A DNA stretch of 64,000 nt from Rhodospirillaceae bacterium (GCA_018674495.1 JABHAA010000121.1:22848-86847); one strand, 5' to 3'. Positions 22,427 to 34,520 are shown, counted from the stretch's first letter. Numbers and translations: made by a program. Notes: generated from the sequence alone by a model not told the origin.

Positions 22427-22915
22427 CTAACGATAGGGCGCGTCGGCTTCAAGCCGGGCAGCCAGTTCGGTCTCCCACCTATCACCGTTCGAAAGCAGCT
22501 TGTCCTTGTCGTAGAGCAGCTCTTCGCGGGTCTCGGCGGCAAATTCAAAATTCGGTCCCTCGACGATGGCGTCTACCGGGCATGCCTCCTGGCAGAAGCC
22601 GCAATAGATGCACTTCACCATGTCGATATCGTAGCGCGTCGTCCGCCTCGATCCATCGTCCCTCGGCTCGGCCTCGATGGTAATTGCCTGGGCCGGGCAG
22701 ATCGCCTCGCACAGCTTGCAGGCAATGCAGCGTTCCTCGCCATTGGGATAACGACGGAGCGCGTGCTCACCTCGGAAGCGGGGGCTGAGGACGCCTTTTT
22801 CATATGGGTAATTCAAGGTCACCTTGGGCCGGAAGAAATAACGCAATGTTAGCGCCATGCCCGATACCAGTTCGGCCAGGAATATGGCGCGCGCGCCGCG
22901 GTCAAGATAGTTCAT
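22427..22915 (-). CDS. nuoI: NADH-quinone oxidoreductase subunit I
   Basis: [12 protein letters not shown] and [12 protein letters not shown] ferredoxin motifs; ATG at 22915. Confidence 0.97.
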   Translation of the reverse strand: MNYLDRGARAIFLAELVSGMALTLRYFFRPKVTLNYPYEKGVLSPRFRGEHALRRYPNGEERCIACKLCEAICPAQAITIEAEPRDDGSRRTTRYDIDMVKCIYCGFCQEACPVDAIVEGPNFEFAAETREELLYDKDKLLSNGDRWETELAARLEADAPYR

Positions 22916-22919
22916 AGCC

Positions 22920-23942
22920 TTATCCCTTCCCCAGCAAATCGATATCAAAGCCAACGACGAAACCAGCGACGATCACCACGGAGGCCAAGGAGATCGGCAG
23001 GAACACTTTCCAGCCCAAACGCATTAATTGGTCATACCGGTAGCGCGGGAATGTGGCCCGCACCCACAAGAATATGAACAGGCAAAAGGCGATTTTGGCG
23101 GCGAACCAAACCGGACCCGGTATCCAGGTAAAGGGCGCAATGCCGAACGGCGGCAGCCAGCCACCCAAAAACAGGATGGTGGTCATCGACGCCATCAGGA
23201 TCATATTGGCGTATTCGCCGAGGAAAAACAGCGCAAACGTCATCGCCGAATATTCCACATTGTAGCCCGACACCAACTCCGCTTCCGCTTCGGGCATATC
23301 GAACGGATGGCGGTTTGTCTCGGCCAAGGTGGAGATGAAAAAGATCACCGCCATGGGGAACATGGGCACCACAAACCAGATGGAATTTTCCTGGGCGCGC
23401 ACGATATCGCTCAAGTTCAGCGATCCTGAAACAAGCAACACGGTAATGATGATGAAACCCATGGACACTTCGTAGGACACCATCTGCGCTGCCGAGCGCA
23501 ATGACCCCAGGAACGCATATTTGGAATTCGAGGCCCAACCGGCCATTAGAATGCCATAGACGCCGAGTGATGAAATGGCGAACAGGAAAAGAATGCCCAC
23601 ATTGATGTCCGCCAAGACCAGCCCGTCGCCGACCGGTATCACCGCCCAGGCAACCAGCGCCAGAACAAAGGTCATCATCGGCGCCAATATAAAGACGCCC
23701 CGGTTGGCGCCGGTCGGGATGATGGTTTCCTTGAAGAACAGCTTCATGCCGTCGGCGATGGGTTGCAACAAACCGTACGGTCCGACCACGTTTGGGCCGC
23801 GCCGCAAATGCATGGCGGCGATCACCTTGCGTTCGAAATAGGTAAGGTAGGCTACGCCAAGCAGCAACGGCACGATGATGGCGATCACCTTGATGGCGAT
23901 CCAGACCACCGGCCAGAGATATGCCCACCAAAACTCAACCAT
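22920..23942 (-). CDS. nuoH: NADH-quinone oxidoreductase subunit H
   Basis: [35 protein letters not shown]. Confidence 0.97.
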   Translation of the reverse strand: MVEFWWAYLWPVVWIAIKVIAIIVPLLLGVAYLTYFERKVIAAMHLRRGPNVVGPYGLLQPIADGMKLFFKETIIPTGANRGVFILAPMMTFVLALVAWAVIPVGDGLVLADINVGILFLFAISSLGVYGILMAGWASNSKYAFLGSLRSAAQMVSYEVSMGFIIITVLLVSGSLNLSDIVRAQENSIWFVVPMFPMAVIFFISTLAETNRHPFDMPEAEAELVSGYNVEYSAMTFALFFLGEYANMILMASMTTILFLGGWLPPFGIAPFTWIPGPVWFAAKIAFCLFIFLWVRATFPRYRYDQLMRLGWKVFLPISLASVVIVAGFVVGFDIDLLGKG

Positions 23943-25998
23943 CGGTACCGGTCCTGGGCGCAGAGCCTTGCAGAATTTCGCTGATGCAGCGGGCCATGGT
24001 TTCCGATGCCCGGCTGATCGGATCGGTTATGTAATAGTTTTCAATCTCGCTGTTGAAATCATCGCTGGATAAAGCGCCGGCCTCGCCGAAGGTGCCCCAA
24101 TCAGCGCGGATGATATCATCGATGGCGCCGAACACGGGGTTCGCCATGGTCATTTTTTCGCGCAAATCAGACAAGGTATCGTAAGGCAAAGTTTTGCCGA
24201 GAACGGCGGACAGAGCGCGAATGATGGCCCAATCTTCGCGCGCATCGCCTGGCGGGAAAGTGGCCAGTTGGGCGCGCTGGGCGCGGCCCTCGGTATTTAC
24301 ATAGGTGGCGTTCTTTTCCGTATAGGCGGCGCCGGGCAATATCACGTCGGCCCGGTGCGCACCGGCATCGCCGTGATGGCCCTGATAAATCACAAAGGCA
24401 TCGCCGAGGCGGCTCATATCGATCTCGTCGGCGCCCAACAGATACACCGCTTCGATGGCCCCCGATGCGGCACCGTCCAAAATGGCGTTGGTGCCGAGCC
24501 CACTTGCCCCGGGCAGGAAACCCACTTCGATGCCGCCGACCCGGGCGGCCCGGGAATGCAGCATGTTGAAACCGTTCCAGCCATCTCTGACCGCGCCGGA
24601 TGATTCGGCGATTGCGCGAGCGGCGGCCAAAACGGCGGCGCCATCGGGCCGCGCCACTGCACCGGCGGCAAGGATGATCATCGGCTTCGATGCGTCTTTG
24701 AGAACCCCGGCGAATGGCGATGTACCATCTGTAATGGCGGCCAACGCATCAGTTCCGGCGCCCAGATGCTCATAGCGGTAAGTCAGCTCCAACGCCTCGC
24801 CGATAACGCCGATGGAGAGACCGCCTTCCAGATAGCGCTTACGGATACGGGCGTTCAGCACCGGCGCTTCCCATCTGGGGTTAGAGCCAATGATCAGGAT
24901 GGCGTCGGCTTCATCGATACCGGCGATTGTTGAATTGAACAGATGACCGGCGCGGGCGCCCTCGCCTATGGACGCGCCGTCCTGGCGGCAATCGATATTG
25001 TTAGAGCCCAGCGCCGCCATCAAATCTTTGAGCGCGGCCATGGCTTCGGTGTCCACCAGATCACCGGCAAGGGCCGCGAATTTGGCTCCATCCATACCAT
25101 CCAGCCGGCCCGCAATGGCGGCAAAGGCCTGATCCCAGCTCACAGGGGCCAGCTTACCATCTTTGCGCACATAGGGTTTGTCCAGCCTTTGCCGGGCCAG
25201 CCCGTCATTGGCAAAGCGGCCCTTGTCGGACAGCCATTCCTCATTCACATCGTCATTGTTACGGGGCAGGATACGCATAACGCCGGGGCCGCGCGCATCG
25301 ACGCGGATGTTGGCCCCGAGGGCATCCATCACATCGATGCTTTCGGTCTTGCTCAGTTCCCATGAGCGCGCCATGAAGGCATAGGGCTTCGAAGTCAACG
25401 CACCGACCGGGCAAAGGTCGATCATGTTGCCCGACAATTCGGAAGTCAGAGCTTTCTCTACATAGGTGCCGATTTCCATGTGTTCGCCGCGACCGGTGGC
25501 GCCCAGTTCCGGAACGCCCGCCACTTCGGTGGCGAAACGGACGCAGCGGGTACAATGGATGCAGCGGGTCATGATGGTTTTCACCAACGGCCCCAAATTT
25601 TTGTCGTCGACGGCGCGCTTGCTCTCGCCGAAGCGGGAGCGGTCATAGCCGTAGCCCACGGCTTGGTCCTGCAAGTCGCACTCGCCGCCCTGATCGCAGA
25701 TCGGGCAATCCAGCGGGTGATTGATGAGCAGAAATTCCATCACCCCTTCGCGGGCCTTTTTGACCAGATCGGTATCGGTGCGGATCACCATACCGTCGCC
25801 CACCGGCATGGCGCAGGATGCAATCGGTTTCGGCGCCCGCTCCATCTCGACCAGGCACATGCGGCAATTGCCGGCCACCGACAGGCGTTCGTGGAAACAA
25901 AAGCGCGGGATTTCCTTGCCGGCCAGCTCGCAGGCCTGCAACACCGTCAGACCGGCCTCGACCTCCAATTCGATATCATCGATGGTGATTTTTGGCAT
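23935..25998 (-). CDS. nuoG: NADH-quinone oxidoreductase subunit G
   Basis: [37 protein letters not shown]. Confidence 0.97.
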   Translation of the reverse strand: MPKITIDDIELEVEAGLTVLQACELAGKEIPRFCFHERLSVAGNCRMCLVEMERAPKPIASCAMPVGDGMVIRTDTDLVKKAREGVMEFLLINHPLDCPICDQGGECDLQDQAVGYGYDRSRFGESKRAVDDKNLGPLVKTIMTRCIHCTRCVRFATEVAGVPELGATGRGEHMEIGTYVEKALTSELSGNMIDLCPVGALTSKPYAFMARSWELSKTESIDVMDALGANIRVDARGPGVMRILPRNNDDVNEEWLSDKGRFANDGLARQRLDKPYVRKDGKLAPVSWDQAFAAIAGRLDGMDGAKFAALAGDLVDTEAMAALKDLMAALGSNNIDCRQDGASIGEGARAGHLFNSTIAGIDEADAILIIGSNPRWEAPVLNARIRKRYLEGGLSIGVIGEALELTYRYEHLGAGTDALAAITDGTSPFAGVLKDASKPMIILAAGAVARPDGAAVLAAARAIAESSGAVRDGWNGFNMLHSRAARVGGIEVGFLPGASGLGTNAILDGAASGAIEAVYLLGADEIDMSRLGDAFVIYQGHHGDAGAHRADVILPGAAYTEKNATYVNTEGRAQRAQLATFPPGDAREDWAIIRALSAVLGKTLPYDTLSDLREKMTMANPVFGAIDDIIRADWGTFGEAGALSSDDFNSEIENYYITDPISRASETMARCISEILQGSAPRTGTDG

Positions 25999-26007
25999 GT
26001 CTGTCCC

Positions 26008-27285
26008 TTAAGCCGCCTGGCTCTTGGCTTGTTCGATGCGGGCTTCCAATTCAGGGCGGAAGTGGCGGATCAGACCCTGGATTGGCCAGGCCGCCGCGTC
26101 GCCAAGGGCGCAGATGGTGTGCCCTTCGATCTGGCGGGTGACTTGTTCCAACGTGTCAATCTCGTCCACGCTGGCCTCGCCCGATACCAGCCGCGCCATC
26201 ATGCGCGACATCCAGCCGGTGCCTTCCCGGCAGGGCGTGCACTGACCGCAGCTCTCATGCGTATAGAACGCCGACAGGCGCGCGATGGCGGCAATGATAT
26301 CGGTGGATTGGTCCATGACCATGATCGCCGCCGTGCCGAGGCCCGATTGAACTTCGCGCAAGCTGTCAAAATCCATCAACACCGAATCGCAGATTGAGCG
26401 CGGCAGGCACGGCACCGAAGCGCCGCCCGGAATGATCGCCTTCAGATTTTCCCAGCCGCCGATGACGCCGCCCGCATGCACCTCAATCAACTCTTTCAAG
26501 GGCACGCTCATTTCTTCTTCAACGGTGCAGGGGTTGTTCACATGGCCGGAGATGTTGAACAATTTGGTGCCGGTATTGTTGGCGCGGCCGAGATTGGCGA
26601 ACCATTCGTGGCCGCGGCGCAGGATGGTCGGCGCAACGGCGATGGTTTCCACATTATTGACCGTGGTCGGGCAACCATAGAGCCCGGAGTTAGCCGGGAA
26701 CGGCGGCTTCAGGCGCGGCTGGCCCTTCTTGCCTTCCAGGCTTTCGATCAGCGCCGTTTCCTCGCCGCAGATATAGGCGCCCATGCCCCGGTGCACATAA
26801 CAATCGAAATCCCAGCCCGAACCACAGGCGTCCGGGCCGATCAAGCCGGCATCGTAGGCCTCGTCGATGGCGCTTTGCAGGGCTTCGGCTTCGCGGAAAA
26901 ACTCGCCGCGTATATAGATGTAGGCCGCGTGGGCACCCATGGCGAAGCTGGCGATCAGGCAACCCTCGACCAATTTGTGCGGCTCGAAGCGCAATATTTC
27001 CCGATCCTTGCAGGTGCCGGGTTCACCCTCATCGGCGTTGACCACCAGATAATGGGGCCGCTCGCCGATCTCCTTGGGCATGAATGACCATTTCAGCCCG
27101 GCACCGAAGCCGGCGCCGCCGCGTCCCCGCAGGCCCGATTCCTTGACCTCATCGACAATCTGGTCGCGGCCCTTGGCCAGGATTTCGCTGGTCGCCGACC
27201 AATCGCCGCGCGATTTCGCGCCGACCAGGCCGGCATCGCCAAGGCCATAGATATTGGTGAAGATGCGATCCGCGTCTTTAAGCAT
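26008..27285 (-). CDS. nuoF: NADH-quinone oxidoreductase subunit F
   Basis: [40 protein letters not shown]; ATG at 27285. Confidence 0.97.
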   Translation of the reverse strand: MLKDADRIFTNIYGLGDAGLVGAKSRGDWSATSEILAKGRDQIVDEVKESGLRGRGGAGFGAGLKWSFMPKEIGERPHYLVVNADEGEPGTCKDREILRFEPHKLVEGCLIASFAMGAHAAYIYIRGEFFREAEALQSAIDEAYDAGLIGPDACGSGWDFDCYVHRGMGAYICGEETALIESLEGKKGQPRLKPPFPANSGLYGCPTTVNNVETIAVAPTILRRGHEWFANLGRANNTGTKLFNISGHVNNPCTVEEEMSVPLKELIEVHAGGVIGGWENLKAIIPGGASVPCLPRSICDSVLMDFDSLREVQSGLGTAAIMVMDQSTDIIAAIARLSAFYTHESCGQCTPCREGTGWMSRMMARLVSGEASVDEIDTLEQVTRQIEGHTICALGDAAAWPIQGLIRHFRPELEARIEQAKSQAA

Positions 27286-27884
27286 CACCCTTCCCCATCC
27301 ATTTCGGTTAGTGAGGTCAGACCGGATGAAGGCTCGCAAGATTTGCGTCCGATCTGGGAGCCGGTTTTGGGTGTCTCGCCAAGCCGTAATTCTGTGAGAA
27401 TGCTTTCGGCGCTAGTCGGGTCCAAATCTTCATAATAATCGTCGTTGATCTGCATCATTGGCGCGTTGACGCAGGCGCCGAGGCATTCCATTTCGGAAAG
27501 CGTAAAGAGCCCGTCCTCTGTGGTGCCGCCGAACTCGACGCCCAATGTGCGCTTGCAGGCTTCGACAATGCCGTCCGAGCCGCGCAGCCAGCAGGGCAGA
27601 TTGGTGCACACCTGGACATGATTTTTGCCCACCGGCTCCAAATTATACATGGTGTAGAAGGTGGCCACCTCATAGACGCGGATCGGCGGCATGGCTAGGT
27701 ATTCGGCCACATAATCCATGGCGGCGCGGGGCAACCAGCCATCGTGCTGGCGCTGGGCCAGATCCAACAAGGGCATGACCGCGCTTTCGTGGCGGCCCTT
27801 GGGATATTTGGCAATGAACGCGTCCGCCGCGTCGCGAAACTCAGGGCTGAATTCGAAGCTTTCGGGCTGGGTTACATCGCTCAT
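27285..27884 (-). CDS. nuoE: NADH-quinone oxidoreductase subunit E
   Basis: [17 protein letters not shown] 2Fe-2S ligands. Confidence 0.97.
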   Translation of the reverse strand: MSDVTQPESFEFSPEFRDAADAFIAKYPKGRHESAVMPLLDLAQRQHDGWLPRAAMDYVAEYLAMPPIRVYEVATFYTMYNLEPVGKNHVQVCTNLPCWLRGSDGIVEACKRTLGVEFGGTTEDGLFTLSEMECLGACVNAPMMQINDDYYEDLDPTSAESILTELRLGETPKTGSQIGRKSCEPSSGLTSLTEMDGEG

Positions 27885-29059
27885 CGGTCGATCTCCCCAA
27901 AAACCACGTCCAGCGAGCCGATATTGGCCACCACGTCGGCCAGCATGTGGCCCCGGGACAGGAAATCGAGGGCTTGCAGGTGGGCAAACCCCGGCGCTCG
28001 TATTTTGCAGCGGTAGGGCTTGTTGGACCCGTCCGATACCAGATAGACACCGAACTCGCCCTTCGGCGCCTCGACCGCCGTATAGGTCTCGCCGGCGGGC
28101 ACGTGATAGCCCTCGGTATAAAGTTTGAAGTGATGGATCAGCGCTTCCATGGACTGCTTCATCTCACTGCGCTTGGGCGGCGTGAATTTGTGGTCATCGG
28201 CGGCCGCCGGGCCGGCCGGCATGTTGGCAATGCATTGTTTGATGATCTTGACCGATTCGCGCATCTCGTAAATGCGCATCAGGTAGCGGTCATAACAATC
28301 GCCGTGCTTGCCGATGGGCACGCCGAACTCGAATTTCTCATAGCCGTCATAGGGCTGTGATTTTCGCAGGTCCCAGGCGATACCGCAGGCACGCAAGTTG
28401 GGCCCGGTGAAACCCCAGTCATAGGCTTGTTCCGCCGTGGCGACGCCGATATCAACAGTGCGCTGCTTGAAAATGCGGTTGCCCGTCAAAAGGCTTTCCA
28501 GATCATCGATCATCGCCGGATAGGTATCGGCCCATTTGTCGATGTCTTCGAGCAATTGGAGCGGCACGTCCTGGGCCACACCACCGGGCCGGAAATAGGC
28601 CATATGCAGGCGCGCGCCCGAGGCCCGCTCGCAAAACTCCATCAAATGTTCCCGGTGCTCGAACGCCCACAGCATGGGCGTCATGGCGCCAACATCCATG
28701 GCGTAGGCGGTGACATTCAATATATGGCTGAGGATGCGCCCAATCTCCGCATAGAGGACGCGAATATATTGCCCTCTCGGCGGCACTTCGATGCCGGCCA
28801 GTTTTTCGACGGCCAGCGCGAAGGCATGCTCTTGGTTCTGCGGCGCCACATAATCCAGCCGGTCAAAATAGGGCACGGCCTGCAGATAGCTCTTATACTC
28901 GATCAGTTTTTCGGTGCCCCGGTGCAGCAATCCAATGTGGGGATCGGCCCGGTCAATCACCTCGCCGTCCATCTCCAGCACCATGCGCAGCACGCCGTGG
29001 GCGGCGGGATGCTGGGGCCCAAAATTGAGGGTGTAATTCTGGATGTTCTGATCGGCCAT
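27881..29059 (-). CDS. nuoD: NADH-quinone oxidoreductase subunit D
   Basis: [24 protein letters not shown]-terminal GEIDR. Confidence 0.98.
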   Translation of the reverse strand: MADQNIQNYTLNFGPQHPAAHGVLRMVLEMDGEVIDRADPHIGLLHRGTEKLIEYKSYLQAVPYFDRLDYVAPQNQEHAFALAVEKLAGIEVPPRGQYIRVLYAEIGRILSHILNVTAYAMDVGAMTPMLWAFEHREHLMEFCERASGARLHMAYFRPGGVAQDVPLQLLEDIDKWADTYPAMIDDLESLLTGNRIFKQRTVDIGVATAEQAYDWGFTGPNLRACGIAWDLRKSQPYDGYEKFEFGVPIGKHGDCYDRYLMRIYEMRESVKIIKQCIANMPAGPAAADDHKFTPPKRSEMKQSMEALIHHFKLYTEGYHVPAGETYTAVEAPKGEFGVYLVSDGSNKPYRCKIRAPGFAHLQALDFLSRGHMLADVVANIGSLDVVFGEIDR

Positions 29060-29727
29060 CAGCCATCACCCTTTTCAGGTTCCGCGTCTTCGCCCGCCTC
29101 GGCCTTTTCATCACCGGGCAAAGGCCGCGTCATGCCTTCCCAGGGGCTGAGGAAATCAAATGTACGAAACTCCTGGGTCAGCTTGACCGGCTCATAGACT
29201 ACCCGCTTCTGCTCGTCGTCATAGCGTACTTCCACATAGCCGGTGAGCGGGAAATCCTTTCGCAAAGGATGTCCCTCAAAGCCATAGTCGGTGAGGATGC
29301 GGCGCAAATCGGGATGATCGGAAAACAAAATACCATAGAGGTCCCAGGCTTCCCGCTCCCACCAGCCGGCGGACGAGAATATGCCGGTGGCCGACGGTAC
29401 CGGCGTTACTTCATCGGTATCGATTTTCACCCGCACGCGGGCGTTCTGGGCCATGGAGAGGAGATGATAGACTACCTCGAAGCGTTTTTCCCGCTCTGGA
29501 TAATCGACGCCGCAAACATCAACAAGCTGCTTGAACTGGCAATTGATGTCATCGCGCAATGTCGCCAATACTTTTAACAATGCGTCCGGCGCAACATGCA
29601 GGGTCAACTCGCCGCCGGCAATGGTCTGCGACGTGATCGCGCCGGATAACTTGTCCGCGATATAATCGCCAATTTCCCCAACCGGTTGGACGTCTGCCAT
29701 ATTTGTTATGTGTTCAGGGAGCTCCAA
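29059..29727 (-). CDS. nuoC: NADH-quinone oxidoreductase subunit C (start TTG 29727 or ATG 29700)
   Basis: [32 protein letters not shown]. Confidence 0.97.
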   Translation of the reverse strand: MELPEHITNMADVQPVGEIGDYIADKLSGAITSQTIAGGELTLHVAPDALLKVLATLRDDINCQFKQLVDVCGVDYPEREKRFEVVYHLLSMAQNARVRVKIDTDEVTPVPSATGIFSSAGWWEREAWDLYGILFSDHPDLRRILTDYGFEGHPLRKDFPLTGYVEVRYDDEQKRVVYEPVKLTQEFRTFDFLSPWEGMTRPLPGDEKAEAGEDAEPEKGDG

Positions 29728-29732
29728 TGCGC

Positions 29733-30287
29733 TTAGCGCCAGAGCGTTCCCGTCCTCCGAATTTTCTTTTGCAGTTGCAGGATGCCGTAAATCAAAGCCT
29801 CCGCCGTCGGCGGGCAGCCGGGCACGTAGATGTCAACCGGAACCACCCGGTCACAGCCGCGCACCACCGAATAGGAATAATGGTAATAGCCGCCGCCGTT
29901 GGCACAGGACCCCATGGAGATCACATAGCGCGGCTCGGCCATCTGGTCATAGACTTTGCGGAACGCCGGCGCCATTTTGTTGGTGAGCGTTCCGGCAACA
30001 ATGATCACATCCGATTGGCGCGGGCTGGGGCGCGGCACGACGCCGAAGCGGTCCAGATCATAGCGGCTTACATAGGCATGCATCATTTCAACGGCGCAAC
30101 AGGCCAGGCCAAAGGTCATCGGCCAAAGCGAGCCGGTGCGCGCCCAATTGACGAGATTGTCCAGCTGGGCAACGACGAAGCCCTTATCCATCATGGTTTG
30201 GGTGACGTTATTCAGTAGCGCGTCCTGATCGGCGCCCGGCGGTATCAGTGCGCCGCCCGGAGCCTGAACCATTGGTTCTATTCCCAT
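29733..30287 (-). CDS. nuoB: NADH-quinone oxidoreductase subunit B
   Basis: [27 protein letters not shown]; ATG at 30287. Confidence 0.98.
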   Translation of the reverse strand: MGIEPMVQAPGGALIPPGADQDALLNNVTQTMMDKGFVVAQLDNLVNWARTGSLWPMTFGLACCAVEMMHAYVSRYDLDRFGVVPRPSPRQSDVIIVAGTLTNKMAPAFRKVYDQMAEPRYVISMGSCANGGGYYHYSYSVVRGCDRVVPVDIYVPGCPPTAEALIYGILQLQKKIRRTGTLWR

Positions 30288-30643
30288 TCCAAGGCTCCCT
30301 TTTTCCACTCATAGATAAAGCCGATGGTCAGAATGCCGAGGAACAACACCATCGACCAGAAGCCGAACAGGCCGATGGTGCCCAGCGACACCGCCCACGG
30401 AAACAGGAAAGCGACTTCCAGATCGAATATGATGAACAAGATGGCGACCAGATAGAAGCGGACATCGAACTTGATGCGGGCGTCTTCAAAGGCGGGAAAG
30501 CCGCACTCATAGGCATCCAGTTTTTCAGCGTCCGGATGCTGGTTCACGATGACCAGCGAGGCAATAAGAATGACGGCGGCCAAGCCGATGGCAATCCCAA
30601 GAAAGATGAGAATCGGCAGATATTGCAGCAGCAGATCGTTCAT
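30278..30643 (-). CDS. nuoA: NADH-quinone oxidoreductase subunit A
   Basis: [23 protein letters not shown]. Confidence 0.98.
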   Translation of the reverse strand: MNDLLLQYLPILIFLGIAIGLAAVILIASLVIVNQHPDAEKLDAYECGFPAFEDARIKFDVRFYLVAILFIIFDLEVAFLFPWAVSLGTIGLFGFWSMVLFLGILTIGFIYEWKKGALEWE

Positions 30644-30708
30644 CCCAGTATCCTCTGCCTCACGCGCATTCGAATAGACCAGATTTCCGCCCCAATTGCG
30701 GGACCAAG

Positions 30709-30785
<77 letters not shown>

Positions 30786-30809
30786 GAAGCCCGGTGTATT
30801 CGCGAGACT

Positions 30810-30838
30810 TGAGTAAATCACGCCCCCAAACCTGTCAA
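30810..30838 (-). promoter_or_regulatory. sigma70-type promoter for tRNA-Asp (possibly reading into nuo)
   Basis: TTGACA-N17-TACTCA on minus strand, ~25 nt upstream of the tRNA. Confidence 0.6.
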
Positions 30839-31127
30839 GCAATCTCGCCTCCCTAATGGCGTTCATTCCGGTTCCGCATGCTTATTAGTACAGGTTTGGT
30901 GATTCGAGTGAAAAATCAAGGGGTAACAGCCCAGCCGGCCGGGGATGCTAAGGTCCGTTAGCCGGGCGTCCAGTCTAGGCACCTCGGTCTCTGCGTTGCT
31001 CAGCCAACTGCACGATCATTTACAAATTGAATCAAACCGAACTATGAAATCCAGCACGAGTTAATACCAACAAGCATTTGAAGGTGGTATCTCAACTCGA
31101 TACAATTTGAAGCTGTTGGAAAAATTT

Positions 31128-33515
31128 ATGAGGCACATTTGTGTGGTTCGATTTTTAGCAATATTAACATTCTCGGCAGCACTAATATCAGCGCATTCAG
31201 AAGTAGCTTTGGCGGAGAATGACCCGGGTAAAAAGGCCACCGGTGTCCTTCACAATAGCCTTGAAAAAGCGCGAACCAATCATCCGAAGGTCTGGCGTAA
31301 TAAGAAAAACAACACATCATTCACCATAACCATTACCAATACCAAGATCATGCCGGGCGGCGCTCCGTGCCGGAAGTATGAAATAGAAGCACAAGGGAAA
31401 AAGGGTGTGTATCTCACCAAAGGTGGGGCTTGCCGGGAGGACGATGGAAAGTGGAGGATCGTAACGAAGAACACGACTCTGACGAACAAAGTACCAACGG
31501 CGCCGCGCAAAAGAGGCGTATGGCTGCCCTCGTCTATCGATGAGATGATGAACGGTGAACAGGTGGCGACGTTCGAAAGTCTCGGCTATAGACAAGGCAG
31601 AACTTCAATAACAGAAGACGTTGGATTCAATTTCGCCAATAATATCTACACCTATAAAAATTCTCAGGGCAGAAACATCAAAACGAAAATTCGAAAACGC
31701 GGAAAACAATTCTGCGTCTTTTCCCCCAACACCAAATCGCCAGACAAAGTATTCGGCGGTCGGAAATGGCTATGCTTGACCGTGTTTTCCACGATAACCG
31801 ATGCGAGAGAAAGGGCGGCTCCTTATTTGACCCCGCATCCAGTTCTAGCATTTCGAATAGTTCATCGAAAAAAAACCGTCTACGACGTGATATCATCGGA
31901 ACACTGCAAGGTTGATACCTATAGAAATCCGCCGGCGCTAAATTGCATGCTGCGAAAGCGTTTCTGGCAAAAGAATATGCCTTTTGATCCCGTGGCAAGA
32001 GCCAGAACTATCCGTCAGACGAACGACGCCAACAAAAAAAGAAATTTGGAAATAGCCTGTCAGAAGGAAATGGCCAGATTGAAAGCGGCTAGGAAGGCCG
32101 CCGCACGCCGCATAAAGAAAATTCGGAAAGCCGAAGCCAAACGGGTAGCCGAAGCCGGAAGAAAATTGGCGGCGAAGCAGCGACGCGAACGTCTGGCTAG
32201 CGAAAAACGGGAAGCGAAAGCGAGGCGTGCGGCTGCGGAGCGAAAAAGAATAGCAGCGATTGCCGAAAAACGGCAGCGTGATGAAATTGAAGCGGAAAGA
32301 AAAGTACGAGAAGAAACCCAAAAGATACGTATGGCCGCGGAACAGGGAGATGCCGTTGCACAAGAACGTTTCGCCAATAGGTTAACCAATGGAATTGGCA
32401 TTGCAAAAAACAATGCCGAAGCGTTGAAATGGCTCCGCAATGCCGCCGAGCAGGGTAATGCAAAAGTGCAGGAACGCCTCGGTAATTGGCTTGCCGACGG
32501 AAAGGAAGTTCCCAAGAACAACAAAGAAGCAGTGAGGTGGTTCCGTAAAGCCGCTGAACAAGGGAAGGCAACAGCCCAGGTACGTCTTGGAAACATGCTT
32601 ACCGGTGGAATGGGTGCTTCAAAAGACGATACAGAAGCGGCGATTTGGTACCGCAAAGCGGCCGAACAAGGTCACGCCAATGCCCAATTCACTTTGGCAA
32701 ATGTATACTCGAAAGGTCTCGGCATCCCTCAGAATGAGGAGGAGGCACGTGTCTGGTACCGCAAGGCTGCCCTACAAGGTATTGCCGAAGCACAATTTAT
32801 CGTCGGAAATTGGTATTTGGATGACCTTGGAGTTCCCCGAAGCGAGGCAGAGAGATTAAGGTGGTTCCGCAAGGCCGCATATCAGGGGCATACCGAAGCA
32901 GCAGAAGCGGTTAAAGTCATCGAGGCAGCGATTGTGGCAAGAAATTCGAAAAACCTCTATCTACCTGTGCCGCCCTCGTTCGACCCTAGAAACGCCCGCA
33001 GCTTTATAACCTGGAGAAAACAAAGATTGCATCGCGCATACGTGATCAGTCCGGGAGGTGCTGCAGGATGGACGAGCGGCGCTGCATCGAGAATGTTGGC
33101 GGAATCAATTGCAATGGGTGGCTGCCGCAGAGAAGCGGGGCGAAATTTTTTAGGCCTTCTGGATGACAATGTTTTGCGGCGCAATCAAAACAAATGCACG
33201 TTGATTGCGGTCGATCGGAAAATTGTTGGTGCTAAACCCAGAAAGACAGAATCCGTTTATAGGAATTATGGCGCCGGTTCAGCTTCGACAAATGGCGCGT
33301 CTTCTGATGCTTATAAGATCATCGAAGACCGCAGAAAGGCGTTTTCTCATAAAAGCGTAAAAATTCGATGCCTGAAATCAAACGACACGAAGACCATTTT
33401 TTATAAACCTAAGCAGAAGAAGCCATACTGCCATCACCAAATCATCACTACTTGCTTTTCCCATGAAGCGGAAACCACGCTGGACGCCGCCGCCAAATAT
33501 TCCTGCCGCAATTGA
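31128..33515 (+). CDS. Secreted multidomain Sel1-repeat protein
   Basis: Signal peptide (..VALA|E); 17-kDa surface-antigen-like WRN..PCR.Y..GGACR..DGKWR domain; K/R/E coiled coil; ~5 Sel1 repeats (A..W.RKAAEQG..AQ..LG); Cys-containing C-terminal domains; AT-richer codon usage. Confidence 0.88.
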   Translation: MRHICVVRFLAILTFSAALISAHSEVALAENDPGKKATGVLHNSLEKARTNHPKVWRNKKNNTSFTITITNTKIMPGGAPCRKYEIEAQGKKGVYLTKGGACREDDGKWRIVTKNTTLTNKVPTAPRKRGVWLPSSIDEMMNGEQVATFESLGYRQGRTSITEDVGFNFANNIYTYKNSQGRNIKTKIRKRGKQFCVFSPNTKSPDKVFGGRKWLCLTVFSTITDARERAAPYLTPHPVLAFRIVHRKKTVYDVISSEHCKVDTYRNPPALNCMLRKRFWQKNMPFDPVARARTIRQTNDANKKRNLEIACQKEMARLKAARKAAARRIKKIRKAEAKRVAEAGRKLAAKQRRERLASEKREAKARRAAAERKRIAAIAEKRQRDEIEAERKVREETQKIRMAAEQGDAVAQERFANRLTNGIGIAKNNAEALKWLRNAAEQGNAKVQERLGNWLADGKEVPKNNKEAVRWFRKAAEQGKATAQVRLGNMLTGGMGASKDDTEAAIWYRKAAEQGHANAQFTLANVYSKGLGIPQNEEEARVWYRKAALQGIAEAQFIVGNWYLDDLGVPRSEAERLRWFRKAAYQGHTEAAEAVKVIEAAIVARNSKNLYLPVPPSFDPRNARSFITWRKQRLHRAYVISPGGAAGWTSGAASRMLAESIAMGGCRREAGRNFLGLLDDNVLRRNQNKCTLIAVDRKIVGAKPRKTESVYRNYGAGSASTNGASSDAYKIIEDRRKAFSHKSVKIRCLKSNDTKTIFYKPKQKKPYCHHQIITTCFSHEAETTLDAAAKYSCRN

Positions 33516-33534
33516 AGTGGGATCGACGAACAAC

Positions 33535-34041
33535 ATGTCCACCTACATTAGAAAGCCCGAGTTCGTGAAAGCCAAACGGATTGCCAGCGGCCATTGGGAC
33601 GTGACCCATCATGATGGTCGCTGCGAGGTTATGACCGACCCGGCGTTTCGCGCTGCCTTCGATCCTGCCAGCATGGACGCACAAGATGAGATGGATGGCT
33701 GGACTTTCGGTGTCTTCGCCAAACTGGATGCAGATTCCATGATGACCATCATCCGCAATGTGGAGGTGGACGTGATGGCCGCCGCCCTGAAATTTGCACC
33801 CCACGAAGATGTCATCAACGCTTTTTTCGAAAACATGTCCCCGGTGTCAGTCAAGATGGTCAGGGAGAAAATGGGCGACTTGGCGCAATCCCGAGTGAAC
33901 AACACGCCCAAGGCGCGCCACGAAATCCTTGAGATGGTTCGCCAGCTAGCCGAGGAGGGAAAAATCAATCTAAATGAAGGCATGGCCCTTTCCGTCAACA
34001 GCGACGCGGGCCCGGCGATCTGGAACGAGGATTTCGAGTAA
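33535..34041 (+). CDS. Hypothetical protein with FliG C-terminal-like domain
   Basis: C-terminal ~95 aa (WTF..FAKLD....AAALK...FFENMS...ILEMVRQLAEEGKINL) align by eye with FliG_C. Confidence 0.75.
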   Translation: MSTYIRKPEFVKAKRIASGHWDVTHHDGRCEVMTDPAFRAAFDPASMDAQDEMDGWTFGVFAKLDADSMMTIIRNVEVDVMAAALKFAPHEDVINAFFENMSPVSVKMVREKMGDLAQSRVNNTPKARHEILEMVRQLAEEGKINLNEGMALSVNSDAGPAIWNEDFE

Positions 34042-34202
34042 TTCGACCCCGATAAATTTCTATGCGCCTATCAAATTGCGCTCTCTGACCGCTATTCTAA
34101 TTTAAATCAACCGTTCTCCAATTCGAATTATATCTAATTTGCACCGACGGCTTCGCTCCCACGCGCGCAACGTCCATACACGGATTGCCCCCATCCCCTA
34201 CC

Positions 34203-34520
34203 CTAGCGGCTGAGCGTCAGACTAACGCCGGACTTGGTCAGATATTCGGCGATATTTTCGCCCAACCCGGTCAACCGCCAATCGGTTTCTCCATTCCACT
34301 CAAACGCCTGGACGAAATCCATTTCAACCAAAGCTGCGATGGTTGGATCGAACCAGTCTTGGCTGGTCAATTTGCCGGTGGAATGTATTTGGGTCATCAA
34401 AATTGCATAGCATTGGTTCTTGTCGAGTTTGTATGTAGCAAGGTCGGGCTTGGGTTCGGCGTCCTCCGCCGCAGCTTTGCGTTTGGAAAGAGCGCCCTTG
34501 ATCAAATTTCGAAGTGTCAT
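34203..34520 (-). CDS. Hypothetical protein, possibly winged-helix-like
   Basis: 105-aa ORF from ATG; LVEMDFV...WRLTGLG resembles the wing and terminal helix of wHTH domains. Confidence 0.55.
   Translation of the reverse strand: MTLRNLIKGALSKRKAAAEDAEPKPDLATYKLDKNQCYAILMTQIHSTGKLTSQDWFDPTIAALVEMDFVQAFEWNGETDWRLTGLGENIAEYLTKSGVSLTLSR

Noticed and set aside
30920-30975. Hairpins upstream of the Sel1 gene considered as a c-di-GMP-I riboswitch
   Set aside because: GGCAAAC/GNRA/GCAAAG core elements not found
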